This document shows, one piece after another, positions 37,295 to 50,400 of a DNA stretch of 64,000 bases (position 1 is its first letter; each line of letters opens with the position of its first letter). Source of the DNA: Auanema rhodensis (Eukaryota; Animalia; Nematoda); the NCBI GenBank assembly GCA_964057225.1, contig OZ059897.1, forward strand, positions 15,686,001-15,750,000, written 5' to 3'. The position numbers were made by a program, and so were the translations under genes. Under the pieces are notes generated by a model, which made no database searches, was not told the origin of the DNA, and saw only the letters and a program-made list of their open reading frames with translations.

Positions 37295-37390
37295 CATGTT
37301 GGCGCGTAGGTCACAAATCTGTGATCGCCGCGCGCCAGGTGAGCGCCGAGGAGCGCGAGGTATACGAGAGACAACGGTTTGCGCCTTCTA
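37295..37390. promoter_or_regulatory. GC/CpG-rich island upstream of dab-1 (probable promoter)
   Basis: Sharp GC-rich patch with TTGGCGCG, CGCGCC and TTTGCGCC, ~700 bp before the dab-1 ATG and followed by a T-rich outron-like stretch. Confidence 0.45.
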
Positions 37391-38082
37391 GGCCACCTTG
37401 ATTCCGCGTTTGTTCAAAACCTGATTGTCATGTTTTCTTCATCGTTGTGGTCTTCTTCATTACCTACTACTTCTATATATTTCCAGTCCAACCTCTCAGT
37501 CCACCTGAGTCATCTTGTATACAATTATTATTATTATTCTTATTACTGCAATTTGGCATATACATTTTTTAAAATATGTCTGCCTTTTGTTGTATTGTAA
37601 ACAACCAAATGAGGCGTGCTATTTCGTCTTTTTTCTTTAATAACTTTATTAGAATAGTGTAATATGTTGTGTCTTTGTTTTATTCCGTATATCTACGGAC
37701 TGAGACATCCTCAAGTAGTTAAAAAAATTTCGATGGCATTGAAGAAGTGTGCATTTAACTGTTTTTTCACATTTTTTGACTCACATCATTTTTTCACTTA
37801 GTCTTCCCAACCTATTTTTTCGTTTTCAAATACCTTGTTACATTTATGATTCAAGACAAGTTCTCTGAAGTTTTTTCATAAACATTTTTTATTTTTCAAA
37901 GCGTGATTCGAAGTAAGCCAGATTTTAGTGGTTATTGTTGTCTCTTATCATGCCCTTATCGGCTGTGCAGCTTGTTCAAATTATTAATTTTTCTTGAAGA
38001 TTGTCTTTTCCTTTTACGAGTTTTTAATCGTTTCCCAATATGCTCTTTATTTTTTATAAATGCTATTTTTCTATTTACAGAA

Positions 38083-41000
38083 ATGGTGCAAAAACTCGAA
38101 AATGAGGTGACTGATGTCGTGGCACAGAAGAACCCACCGTCACCTAAGAGCAGATTAGGAGTTTTGCGTAGAAATAAGAAAGGTGAGTACAGAAAGCGAT
38201 AGAACTTTCTTCTTAATTTGCCGAACTTTATGAGATGAAGATTCATATCGAGTTGCGATTCTTTTCCAGTATCTGAAAGATGTATTTTCAGCTTCAAATG
38301 CATCTGATCCATTCCGGTTTGAAGGCCAAGGAGTGACGTATAAGGTAATATCGCAGCGATGTCCTTTTCTCTTTTCCTGAGATATTGTTTTTCCTTTTTT
38401 TTTGGTTTTTTGACGTCGGTAGCATGACAATCAACTGAACGTTGTCAGATATCGGTGCGACCTCGCTCCCAATAGGTGTGATTCAGATGTCTAAACATCG
38501 TAGAGGCTCTTTTACTCGAAGAGTCATGATGAAATGACAAATCTTACCAAGCGTCTGATAGAAAAATCTATTTTTAGTTCATTTTTGTAATACAGTTTCT
38601 GATCTTTTGATTTACAGGGTAAACTCATTGGTGAGCGTGATGTTGAAGGTGCCCGTGGAGATGGCATGTGCGCTGAAGCTATGCGTGTTGCTAAAGCTGC
38701 CGTTAAAGCCGCCGGGGCTCACAAGACCCGTATAATTCTTCAAATTAATATCGATGGAATCAAAATTTTGGATGAGAAGAGCAACGTAATATATAGCTAA
38801 TAAAGTTTAGGATTGTTTCATCTATAATTTTTAGGCTGTTATGTTCAACTTCCCTGTATCGCGTATTTCTTTTATAGCTCGTGATACAAGTGATGCACGT
38901 GCCTTCGGTTTAGTTTTCGGAGACTCGACAAGTACGTTTTATCATGCATAGTTTGGTAACCTTTTATCAATATTTAATTTGCAGATAAGTACAAGTTTTA
39001 CGGAATTAAGACTGCTCAAACTGCTGATCAAGCTGTACTAGCTATTCGTGATATGTTCCAAGTTGTCTTTGAGATGAAAAAGAAGCACATCGAACAGGTC
39101 AAGCAGCAACAGGAGAACCCTACGGTATGTCATTTTCTTCATATGTTTCTTGTCTTTAAATTATCTGGGACTGGTTTTCATTGACTGATTGGCAAAAGCA
39201 GTTAATGATTGCCTTATTGTATGTAAAGGTGTAGAGACTTCTTATAATAGTAATTGTCTGATATGTTGCAGTCCACTGGGGGTAGTTGTTTGTGTTCATG
39301 ATTGTGTGAGACAGGGATAGTGATGAAGTTAGTGATTAAACTCTCCAAAGTATGACATAGGGGAGCTGAGGACTAAGCCTTTAGTATAATTCGATCAATT
39401 GAACTGACTAGTCCTAACTGGTCATTCGTTGTAATACTAATTGGTCATGTGATGAACACGGTCATGTGCTTTGCGATTGAACTTGTATCGTAAGGCTTTG
39501 ACTGTTTTCTTCATACACATTTCGAAACAATCTTCCTCGTTGTTTTGGCTCTACTGTGTAACAAAGGAAAGAAATTAGGGGATACGTTTTCTCACTAAGT
39601 TTATAAATAATCTGAAAATCATATTTTGTCGAATATTAGGGAATATTTTGCTTCGTTGATTCTTTTCAAATGTGGAAATCAATGAATTGAGAATTAAAGG
39701 AGAAAACTGCTGCCACACAAGAAACCCGAAAATATTCAACTCGGCGTATTTTAGACGCGTGACTAAAATCCTGAAATATTGCTAATTCTTGGGGAACATT
39801 CAGGTTTTAGAATGAACTCTCCGTCATCTCTTTTTGATCTTATCTTAATTGCCATTTGAAAGCCTTATGAGATCAACCTCGACCCCATCGATGAAATTCC
39901 GAAGCGGAGAACGAAATTCTTAATGAGATTCGTTGGAAATATTAGAACAAGACTGAACAAGGCTGAGAGGTTTAAATCATCCATTTCACAGCTGATCATT
40001 CGGCTGGAAGAGATTGCACTGTTAATAGTGAGGTATTCAGTTAAAACCGTTATTAAAGGTATGAAACTTCTGCTACTTTGTAAATATGGCTTGCCGCTCC
40101 ATTCATAGTAATGTTGATTTAAAGGTTCTAGTCAACGGGTGGGGAAGAGGTGTGAGAGAAGACAAACCCAACATTTCTCTGTTTGTCGCTTACCATATCT
40201 CTCATAACAATGTATCACTTTATTCGTTAAGATTTTCTTTTAGTTGTATTTATTATGTATTCACTGGCGAGTACGTCATTCACTTAGGATTGTTAACTGC
40301 TTGTTTGTTAGTATTGGAAAGAGGGCCCAGCTGTCCGCTATTTTCTGTTTGAAACAGTTATATGAAAAATTCACCCATTCTAAGAGGTTGCGGAATGAAA
40401 AGCTGTGGTTCTATGGCAGTTACAGTGTAATCGTGCACATGCCCACAATTTAAGGTGTTGCAAGTTTACTACGTCCTAGTTTCAAATAGTGGTAAAATAA
40501 AAGGATTCGGGATTATTTTGAAAACCTGAAATGCAAAGCATGTTTTCTAAGTTAAGTGCGATCAAAATGCTAATGAGTACTTACATAAAAATTATTTTTC
40601 CGTGTTGGGGTCATGGACCTGTCGAAGACATGTTTTATAATTTTGGGTTGAATATTATTTTTTGTTTGCAGGAGTCCGCTGCTGCTGGAGTAGCTGTTGC
40701 CGATCTTTTAGATTTAGAAACTGAATTACACAATCTTGAACAAGGAGTACAACATTTGCAACAGATCCCAACTGATCCATTTGGTGCTACTCCATTCAAT
40801 GATCCATTCACAGACAGTTTTGCTAGCAACGTAAGCTTAACTCGATGATTTTCACTAGTTTTTAATGTTTTTAGGCTTCCTCTGTTATGAGTAATTCTGT
40901 TAATATGAATAGTTCTCTTGGTAATACATCCATTCCTCAACAAGCACAGCAGCAGAATCTCTTTGGAGGGTTCCAGTCTCCCGCACAGATATCAAACCAG

Positions 41001-41737
41001 CAGCAAGCCTGGGCTCAGAGCACTCCAACTAGCCTCTTAACTACTCAACAACAACAACAGCCACAGAATTATCAAACTACAAACTTTAACAACACATCTC
41101 CATTCTCGGTAAATTTTTTAAAATCAATTAACTTATAACCTGTTTAATTACAGCAGACTAATCCATTTGCTTCTGCTGTATATGGAAATGATCCATTCTC
41201 TGCACGCAGTGTTCCACAAATACCAGCTCAAGCTCCAGCGGTTCCCGCTGCTGCTCCAGCTTATCAAACTTCCATCGATTGGGGAGTTAATGAGAACGCT
41301 GTACCTCAAACCCAGACCATAAACTTTGCCTCATTCGATAGGTGAGCAAATTATTCATATATGTAAAGTCTGATTGTTTCTATGATATATAAAATGTATT
41401 TTGAAATATTCGTTTTTAGTCAACCAGCCAAGCAGGATTATAAATGGGATGAGCCAAAGCGAGTGACGTCTTTGGAGGAGGCGTTCAGTAAACTTGTGGA
41501 TATGGATAGTATTGTAGGACCAACGGAAACCAAGAAAAACCCTTTTGAACACATTTTAAATCCTCCCAAGGTGAGTGACGACAAATATTTTGTCGTAAAT
41601 CCGTTTCCTTTAAAAAAATGAAATTTTAAATTTAGGCCACATTGAACTCTATTGGTGCTGCTCAAAGAACTGGACCTCAAGCAGTTGTAGTTGCTCCTAC
41701 ATCTAACGATCCATTCGGAGATGATTTCTTCCGCTAA
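38083..41737 (+). CDS. dab-1: Disabled / DAB-1 PTB-domain clathrin adaptor
   Basis: MVQK...[76 protein letters not shown] (PTB domain). Clathrin box DLLDLE and several DPF/NPF motifs follow. Ends [14 protein letters not shown] at 41737. Confidence 0.97.
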
Positions 41738-42594
41738 TTCCATTTTCGGAATTTTCAATTGTGTGTATTATAGAACTATATAAGGCTCCTTGATCATTTT
41801 ATACCTATATTTTTATTCATACTACTCAATATTTATTTTAATGATCTTTGGTTTGGAGCTCTCATTTTTTGGGAATTTCCGTCATCATCATTTCTCAGCA
41901 TAACCGGTGCTCTAATCACGACATCACATTTACATCTGCGCCTACTTAAATCCTTGTAAAATTCTAACCTATCTTCTTTTAGAAGAATTTCTGGTGTGAT
42001 TAGTGATAGAGTTATCGCTGTGAACTCTATTTCTAATTCAATCCTTCCTTGAAGGCTCGGAATGCGAAACATTTTTTTTCGCAATTTGTGAATACTAGCC
42101 CTGCTTACCCCCTTTTACCGTTTAGTTTTCATTAATAACGTTTACTTTTTCACATTTTTTTCAGTTTGTATCATAATTTTCGTTGTCCCGCTAGGTTTTG
42201 GCAGGAGTTGATCCTCTGTTTAGCAAGTCACTCCTGCTGTTTTAAGCGAATTGGTATTATGATTGCCATGTAAGGACTTAAATAGCATAGCATAATTTCT
42301 TACTTCGAATCCTCGTTCCTAAGATTAAAATGTTCAACCTGTCTGTGATATTCCCATATCTATGCTATCAAAGTTTTCCTATCATCTAATACTCGTCTTC
42401 TCACCTCAGTGATTTTGACGGAGGGTTTCATTTTTTCTTTCATAAGCCGCTTCTGTAAAATGTGTTTATATGTACATGAAGATTAGTTGGTTTTATTTTA
42501 TGTTGAAGTTTTATTGAATGACAGTACAGTGACTGGATGTGATAGTCGATTTGATAGAAGGTCTTTCTTACTAGGTTTGTAATATACATTGATA

Positions 42595-43085
42595 ATGAAG
42601 ACGCATCTCAATCTGGCCTTTCTTGTAACCAGCAATATACACGCTAAGTCATCATTTCTAGTGCTAACTTAAAGATAGACAATAATTGATGTGTCTGTAA
42701 CGAAAGGGTAAGATGGCATCTTAGATGTCGAAATTTTCTTCTAACATCCATTAAACAATTTTTCTTCTCATTTTGTCGTAGATCAACTGTACAGCCTGAA
42801 GGTAGTTGCTACCATATAGCATGATGAGAATCGTTAATTTTAAATCAGGTTGCAGGCAACCATCGAAGCTCAATTTTTTGGACAATGAACCTCTGCCGAG
42901 GCCAAAAATGTACTCTTTTTAAAGTAACACACTCGCAAACTTGAAAAAAACGAGAATAACTCTAGACGACACACCTGTCGAGGTCATGCTTTATTCTGCA
43001 AGGTTTTTTTCCTTAAATTTTTATTTCTGATCAGTACGTAGAGGTTTTTTGGAAGTCATCGACAAGCTTGGAGAATGCCATCTAA
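42595..43085 (+). CDS. Putative cryptic small multi-exon gene (~75 aa, possibly secreted)
   Basis: Exons 42595-42624, 42679-42707, 42782-42801, 42849-42909 and 42966-43002 join in phase across GT-AG introns of 54, 74, 47 and 56 nt: MKTHLNLAFLTIIDVSVTKGSTVQPEGCRQPSKLNFLDNEPLPRPKIRHTCRGHALFCK... The 3' exon is ambiguous. Confidence 0.4.
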
Positions 43086-44496
43086 ATTTTTCTAAGCTTT
43101 TTTAAAAAAGATCGAACGATATATGGAACAAGACGATAGTTGTAATAAATCTATAATGGTACCAACCCCTTAGAAGGGTACCACAGTCTTCAGAGGTTTT
43201 AGTCAGTCTTTCATTTGCTCGACCCAGCAGTTTTCGAAATCAAAGCCATTATGTCTGCAAGTGAGTTTGCGTTTTATCAACAAAAATTGTTTCTTAAAAA
43301 ACAAGAAGAAGATTTAAAAGCATCTCAAATAACTAGCAATCGCAATCCCTCTTATTATGCATATCGTATATTTCGGCGCTTCATCGTTCTGACGATAGCA
43401 CCATCCCTTCTCTCAATAATTCGCTTTTCAACGACAAAAGTCTACAAAAATCGTATTTTTCAGAGAAATATGTTTTTATTTCTATTATATTTGTAGATAT
43501 TATGCTTCATCACATTTTCACCAATTAACTAGTGCTTTCTGAATCGGGCAAACGTCAGATTAGTTAAGGGAATAGATGCTGAACCGCTCCATCTCACTTT
43601 CTTGGTCTTTCATTTCGCTTTCTTTTTCACTCTCTTATCCAATACCCTATCTGTCACTTTTTCTTTCTTCCTGCCATCCTTTTTTAAAACCTGCTGAAGA
43701 AGCTAGTTGTTACAGCAGCTCTTTTCTGAGTTGATACTATTCATTTCGTTTAAATTGTTTGAACAAGACGGTTGTTTTTATCACTTCATTACAAAATATT
43801 TGAACTTTTTGAGCATTTTTTATTATATGATAGAACACTATTTTATAGTTTAATAATACATTCTCTTAGTAATTTACAAGCAGTTTATTATTATCAAATA
43901 TAGTGAACTAAGTATAGATATTGGTATTTAAAACATTAGCCATCATCTAGAACTATGAGCTACTTTATAATCATAAATTGAGATGTGGCCTATAAGTACA
44001 TCTTATAATATGGCTTTCTTCATTTCAACTTTATTTTAGTTCATAGAGTATCTGGAGGTAGCATTTGAATTCTCTGTGCAACTATAGTAATAGTGAAAAT
44101 CACATGGTGAGTGGCTTATTTAATCAACTCTGAATCTGTTTTTGAGCGATTTGATAAACGCTGTTTTGATTGTTACATCTATCAGTGTCATGATGATGTT
44201 GATGGCGATTACGAGTGTGATATTTATTGTTATTGTTATTATTATTTCTGTTCCATGTTCTCGTTCTATTGCAGTTGAAAAAGAAGCAGGAGGATCCTTT
44301 CTTTTCTTCTTTTTTTTTCTTTTTCATTATCAGAATCTTTAACGCTCTTCTATGTTCATTATTGTTTTAGAGAGCATACTATCACGCTCTCGTCATCAAG
44401 CAATATTAAATAATATTTTTTGATTTTTTAATATTAATATATCTATTTCTTACTATTTTTTTATTTATTTCAGTTTATTTTTGAAATTTAGATACC

Positions 44497-47400
44497 ATGA
44501 CTGTCAGTGCCAATGCCAATGCCGAAGTTCAACAAAGTGATGGGTTAGTTCGTTTTTGTGTTTCATTTAGGGAAAAAAAGTTTTTTAATGTTCTGTGTTA
44601 TCTCTACATAGGCACCTCTGAATCAGTAAAACCAATGTCAGTCTTCTCCTACGAATGAGAAATAGTATATTTGAACTTTTGGTCCAATCTAGTATGTCTG
44701 TCTCTAGATCACATGCTTTTCCACACTGTATCTTTTAATGGGTTGACTTTCTCTGATTACATCAGTCCCTAGACCACGTGGACAACTTTTTTCAAAAGAT
44801 CGAAGAAAAAATCGGAACAGTCAAGGAAAATAGAGAAAGAAATGGAAGTGCTAGAGATCTTAGAGGTGCAAAGATAGAGAGAAAGAGTGAGCAACGAAAA
44901 CGGGCTTTCCTTCCGCTTTGAAGTTCAATAGCTTGTCAATGAACAGATACAAGTTATAAATAGAAATCGTTTTAGCTTTTTTTGTTCAAAATTGTCATTG
45001 CATTACATTAATGAAATTATTTTTTTAGACTGAAAAAATTAATAAAAAGTACTGTACAACATAATTGTTGTTGCTTCGATGCAAACGAAAATTTTTCTTT
45101 TTTCGATTGTTTTTTCAGATTATTGAACAGTCTATTGCAAACAAGTTATTTTGATATTTTATTTTTGAAAATTCTTAGAATTCATACGATCTCAATGCTT
45201 CTTATAGTGTTTGAATGTTTTGACAGGACACTTCAAGTATTTAATTGTGAAGAAAATTTGAAATTTTCTTTATTAAGTATGATTGAAGAAAATTCTTTCA
45301 TGTATTTTAATAAAACATGGGGAATATTCAAGCAATGTATGTGAGTAATTCAAGAATGAGAGATTCACTAAATAAGAAAAGAAAAAGAGAGAAAAAAGAA
45401 CTAAAGGAAAATGTTTCAAATAAAAAGTTTGATGAAATTTTCAATTGTGAAATTGTTCCTTTTTTAATTTTTTGAACAAAAATCCTAATCTGCTATCATG
45501 TATATATCATACTTATCATCATGGAGATATAAAAATGAAACTTTATTAAAAGAAAAAACCGCATCGTGTAATCATTCTATTACTTTTTCTCAAAGTGCCG
45601 CCGGACACGTGTACAGCTTGCTTTCTTCTTCTTTCCAGTACACGTTTCTCGAATAAAGCAAGGTACTATGCTCTTTGAGCATCGAACCATCGTCTATCAC
45701 CAGGATATACCTTTCAAACTTTTCATTCTATCATATTTTACACAACAGACAGTACTGACAGATTTATGAACCCATAACTATTAAACCATTTCAACAGCAC
45801 GTTGTCACAACGTTGTTGAACCTTTTATAACGTGGTTGTAGTCATGGACAGAAAATTGTCTCATGGTGCGATGATCACAACTTCAGACAAGAATTCTCGC
45901 AGTAATTCATATCGAAATTGTCGTCGAGCGATCGCACGATACATCGATGATGTCCTTGAAATATGGTCCGTTCATTCTGAACCTAATCCTAGCGTATCAT
46001 ACAGTTTTGCTTCTTGCCGTTTGTACATGGGGTAGCATGCCTCTTTATTTTTTTCTAGATAATTTTCCAACAGCTATTACATACAAGCATTTCTTTAAAC
46101 ATTCAAGCATTTAGCAAACCTTATCCCAAATCATACTTCTTCAAGATTCAGTCTCAGCTAAGTTTAGAGATGTCTTAGATATCTTTTAGACATTTGTGAA
46201 CACTGAGTCGTTTTATTCCTCAACTACCTCTACACAAATGGTTTTTTTCAGATCATCTCTGATAGATTCTTGATTGTTAAATAGAAATATGTTTTGAAAA
46301 CAATCTCATTTCTCAAAAACAAATGATTTTAGCCTATATAATGAAATTTATCACAAGTTTCGGATACTTAACAGTGTCTATTTCTTCTCTTCTTTCTGTC
46401 TTTCTTATGTTCTCCTTTTTTTGAATTCTATCTAGACCTCTTTTCGAAAACGAATACAGTTACAGGATAGACAGGTACAGTCATGATAGCGCAATCACGC
46501 CATTTTGGTTGCCGAAAGCCTAGCCAATAAGCGATACGGCCTTTATTATTAGTTTATATTAAGAATAGACAATCGTGTATCTGACCAATGATACGATATT
46601 TTTCATTATTTTTTAATCTTGTGCTCGCTCACTTGCTTGCCTTCAGCCAGTGTACCCACAGTTCTTGCTATTCGTCAGGTGGTCCTAGTAGTCCTGGTTT
46701 TGCAATGCACCCAAAGCCTAATCTCTACAAACACATGCACACATATATTTCCTTTTTTGTCAACATACGATGTCTTGTTTTTGATATCGGGTCTTTACTT
46801 CAAGCTTGTTTTCTGCTCAATTGGAATTCATTCACTTCTACCATTAACTGTTCTTTCACAGCAAAGACAAACTGATCTTAGGCTTATTATGTTGATTTAA
46901 GAGATGAAATGTTTCTTAAACATCTATATATAGAAATATTTCCCTCTCGGACTTTTTTTTTGCGTTATGGCTTTTAACACAAATATGACATAAAACTCAA
47001 GACCGACATTTTGAATGGCTTGTTCCTCTTTATGCTTTTAAAAAGAAGATTGATAAATAAGTTTGTAAAGTTTCTTGTCAACAACTGAAATATAATATTA
47101 TTCATATAAACTATTAGAAAAAATATAATATTTATGGTATAATTAGTAATTCACATATTGTGTTTCCAATAGTCTTTTATTATCTTGATTAATAATCTTT
47201 ATTTCAATCAAATTATTCAGGAAGTATATCGGTATATAATCATTCCATAAAGTATTATCCATCATCTCAGATAGCTTATAGCTCATCTTGGAATCGGAAA
47301 ATCTCTTTTACGTTGACCTCTTACATCTCTTACAATCAAACTCAGGGTCAATTCATAGTGGAAATTCTTTCTTATCTCAAAATAAAACTGAGAACGATTC

Positions 47401-50400
47401 TTATTGAAAATTTTCAAATTCCTAATAGTTTTCGTTTCTTTGTTTTTCATTTTTTATGAAAGATATGTACAACAAAAAAAACCTTCTTTTTCCCAATATC
47501 CCATGTGTTACATATCGATTTTGGAAAATACAACACTAAATTCTTTTTTTTTAATCAAAATCCATCTTTATTACAGTTTTCGTATTAAAAGTTATGATTA
47601 AAAATTGATTTTATTAGAGATCGGAATGTTATTTTGTCGGATTTTAAAACAATTTTGTAAAAACGTTTCAAGAAAAGAAAGATAAATCGATTGAAAGAGA
47701 ATTGATATATCAAAAATACCTTCAAAAATCATTACTTTTAACTATTTTTGAAAAAAAAAGTCTTAATCTCTGTTCATTTAATCTCTGTTAATATCTATTA
47801 TTCTTGTGTTATTTTGAAAAAATGGCAACATACTGCCATTTTCACAAGTATCATATATGTGTAAAAATGAATTTTGCAGAGACATGGCTACTGAAGTTCG
47901 TCGCGATAGCTTCAAGAACTTTTGGGATAAGTATTCGGATAAGCCCGATACTAACACCATGATGTTGAATCATTCAGCTGATGACTTGGAATCTGCTGAT
48001 AGGTGAGATTAAATACTATGTTGAAATAATATTCTTTTTGATTTTAGAGCCGACATTCTCTCTTGCTTGCCCCAAGTTACCAACAAGGATGTTGTAGATA
48101 TTGGAGCTGGAATCGGGTTAGTTTCTTTGTTTTATTCATATATAATAATGTATGGTAAGAAAAGGAAATAGAGAGAGAGAGAGTGGGGGGGGGGGGGGAG
48201 GGGAGATGCAGAAGGCTTGTAAGTGTTGAAATTGAATGCTTCATAACGTAGTTCATCTCGTTCAACATTTATCTTTGAAGCATAAAATAATATATGGTTT
48301 CTGTTTAGTAATTAAATGTTTATGAGATTAAATAATTATATTAAACTGATAAGATGATTTTGATTAGATTCTGAGAAGTTTAAGATATTGTTAAAGTACT
48401 TGGAAGAAGGGAGGAGCGATTGTTGAAGCTATCTAATCAGTAACTGATTTGCTAAGGAAATTATCTTATTATATGTATATCTATCCTTTTTACTTTTATT
48501 ATTTCTTTTTGCTTCTATTTCTTATATCTATTTTCTTTTGGAAGATTTTATCAAATAGATTGTTGTTTGAGTATTATTTATCATGTGATTACGGTAGAAA
48601 AAAAAGGAAAATTGAAAAAAATTAAAAGAAAAGCTCATATTCATTGAAAAATGTAAAAGAAAATATTGTTCTAACATTAAGATCTATTCGTTAGATTATA
48701 TAAAATAATAATTATAGATCATTAATTATAAAAACTTAAAAAAAAGAATAATTAACTTAGATGTTTATATAAGATACGGTGGTACATAAAAAAGAGAGAG
48801 AAAGAGAAAGAGAGAGAGAGAGACAGTGAAGACTACTAATATATGTTGAGGCAATTATCTGTCAATAATATACAAAGTATACTGTAGCTATACAAAAAAA
48901 AATTTAAAATAGTTACTTTAAGTGTTGTAATGATGATTAAGCTCTATTTGATGGTGTAAGAGAAATGTGTATAACAAATGACGTAATAGATTATTGTATG
49001 ATAGTTTATAAAACGTAATTTGAGAAGTTTGAACAAAGATGAATCAATATTTTTAATATTTTGTTGAAATAAGAGTAAAAATATTTTTCTTTACAATCTG
49101 AATGATAGAATTTTGATGGGGGACGTTTTTAATTTATTTAGGGTTTATTGGTAATTTTTGATTTTACAGACGTTTCACTACCGTTTTGGCTGAGAGTGCT
49201 AAATCCGTTCTCTCAACTGACTTTATCGAATCTTTCATTTCTAAGGTTTGTTCATATACTTTGATTGAAAATTAATTTTTTTTTGTAATTCTAGAACAAA
49301 GAAAGAAATGCTCATATGGGTAATGTCCAATACCAAATTGGTGATGCTGTTAATTTGAAAATGGACAACACTAGGTTAAACTTCAATTTTTGAAATTAAA
49401 AATGTTATCTTCTATGTTTTAGTGTTGATCTTGTTTTCACTAACTGGCTTATGATGTACCTCAGTGATTCGGAAACCATTGAATTCCTCATGAACTGTAT
49501 GAGATGGCTTCGTCCAAACGGATATGTTCACTTGAGAGAAAGCTGTTCTGAGCCAAGTACCGGTAAGCTTACAAGTTCCTTATCATGTTGTTGAACTAAA
49601 CATATTTTTCAGGTCGTTCCAAGACCAATACTATGCATGCTTCTGGTGAAACCAACCCCACCCACTACCGTTTCTCCTCACTTTACATCATGGTAAGTTT
49701 AACATTGAAATACTATTGTATTTCTCAAAACTTTTTCAATCAATATGTATTACAACTAAAAATTTATTAACACTTTTTTTAGCTTCTCCGCAATCTTCGT
49801 TATGAAGATTCAGAAGGAAAGGTTTGGAAGTTTGAGGTTGAATGGAGTTGCTCAGTTCCCACATACATTAAGGTGAGTATACGTTTCATCGAATTGAGTT
49901 CAGTTACATCTCTCCGAAGGATATAGTGACTATTTGATATTTTCTAAGAAGCAAAATCAAGTCACAACATCCCTAATCTGTTGAGATATGAGCTGTTTTC
50001 TAAATTTTTGTTTTGCTATTCTGAGTTTTTTGGAACTAAAATGTTGAAAACATGATTGTTATTCATCTCTAAAGTACCTTCCATCAAAACTTGTCTTTAG
50101 GTTTATCTATATTCCAATTTCTCAAATCTAAATTAACTTATTATATTATAAGAGTAACGTTATATATCAAATAATCTAAAAGCTATATAATGAAACATTT
50201 TTTACAAATTTCTATTTATTCCAACTCTACATTCACTGTTTCAGCGTCAAAACAATTGGCGTCAAGTGCACTGGCTTGCCAAGAAAGTAGCTGCTGATGA
50301 AGATAAGCCAACTTCTAGAGAAGACCTTCTCAAAGTTTTCAGGTAATATTTCTGAACTTTATGTATTTACTTTGTTTTTTAAAATTGTTTAATATAATTT

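Noticed and set aside
42303-42313. TTCGAATCC B-box/T-loop-like motif
   Set aside because: No cloverleaf, A box or acceptor stem around it.
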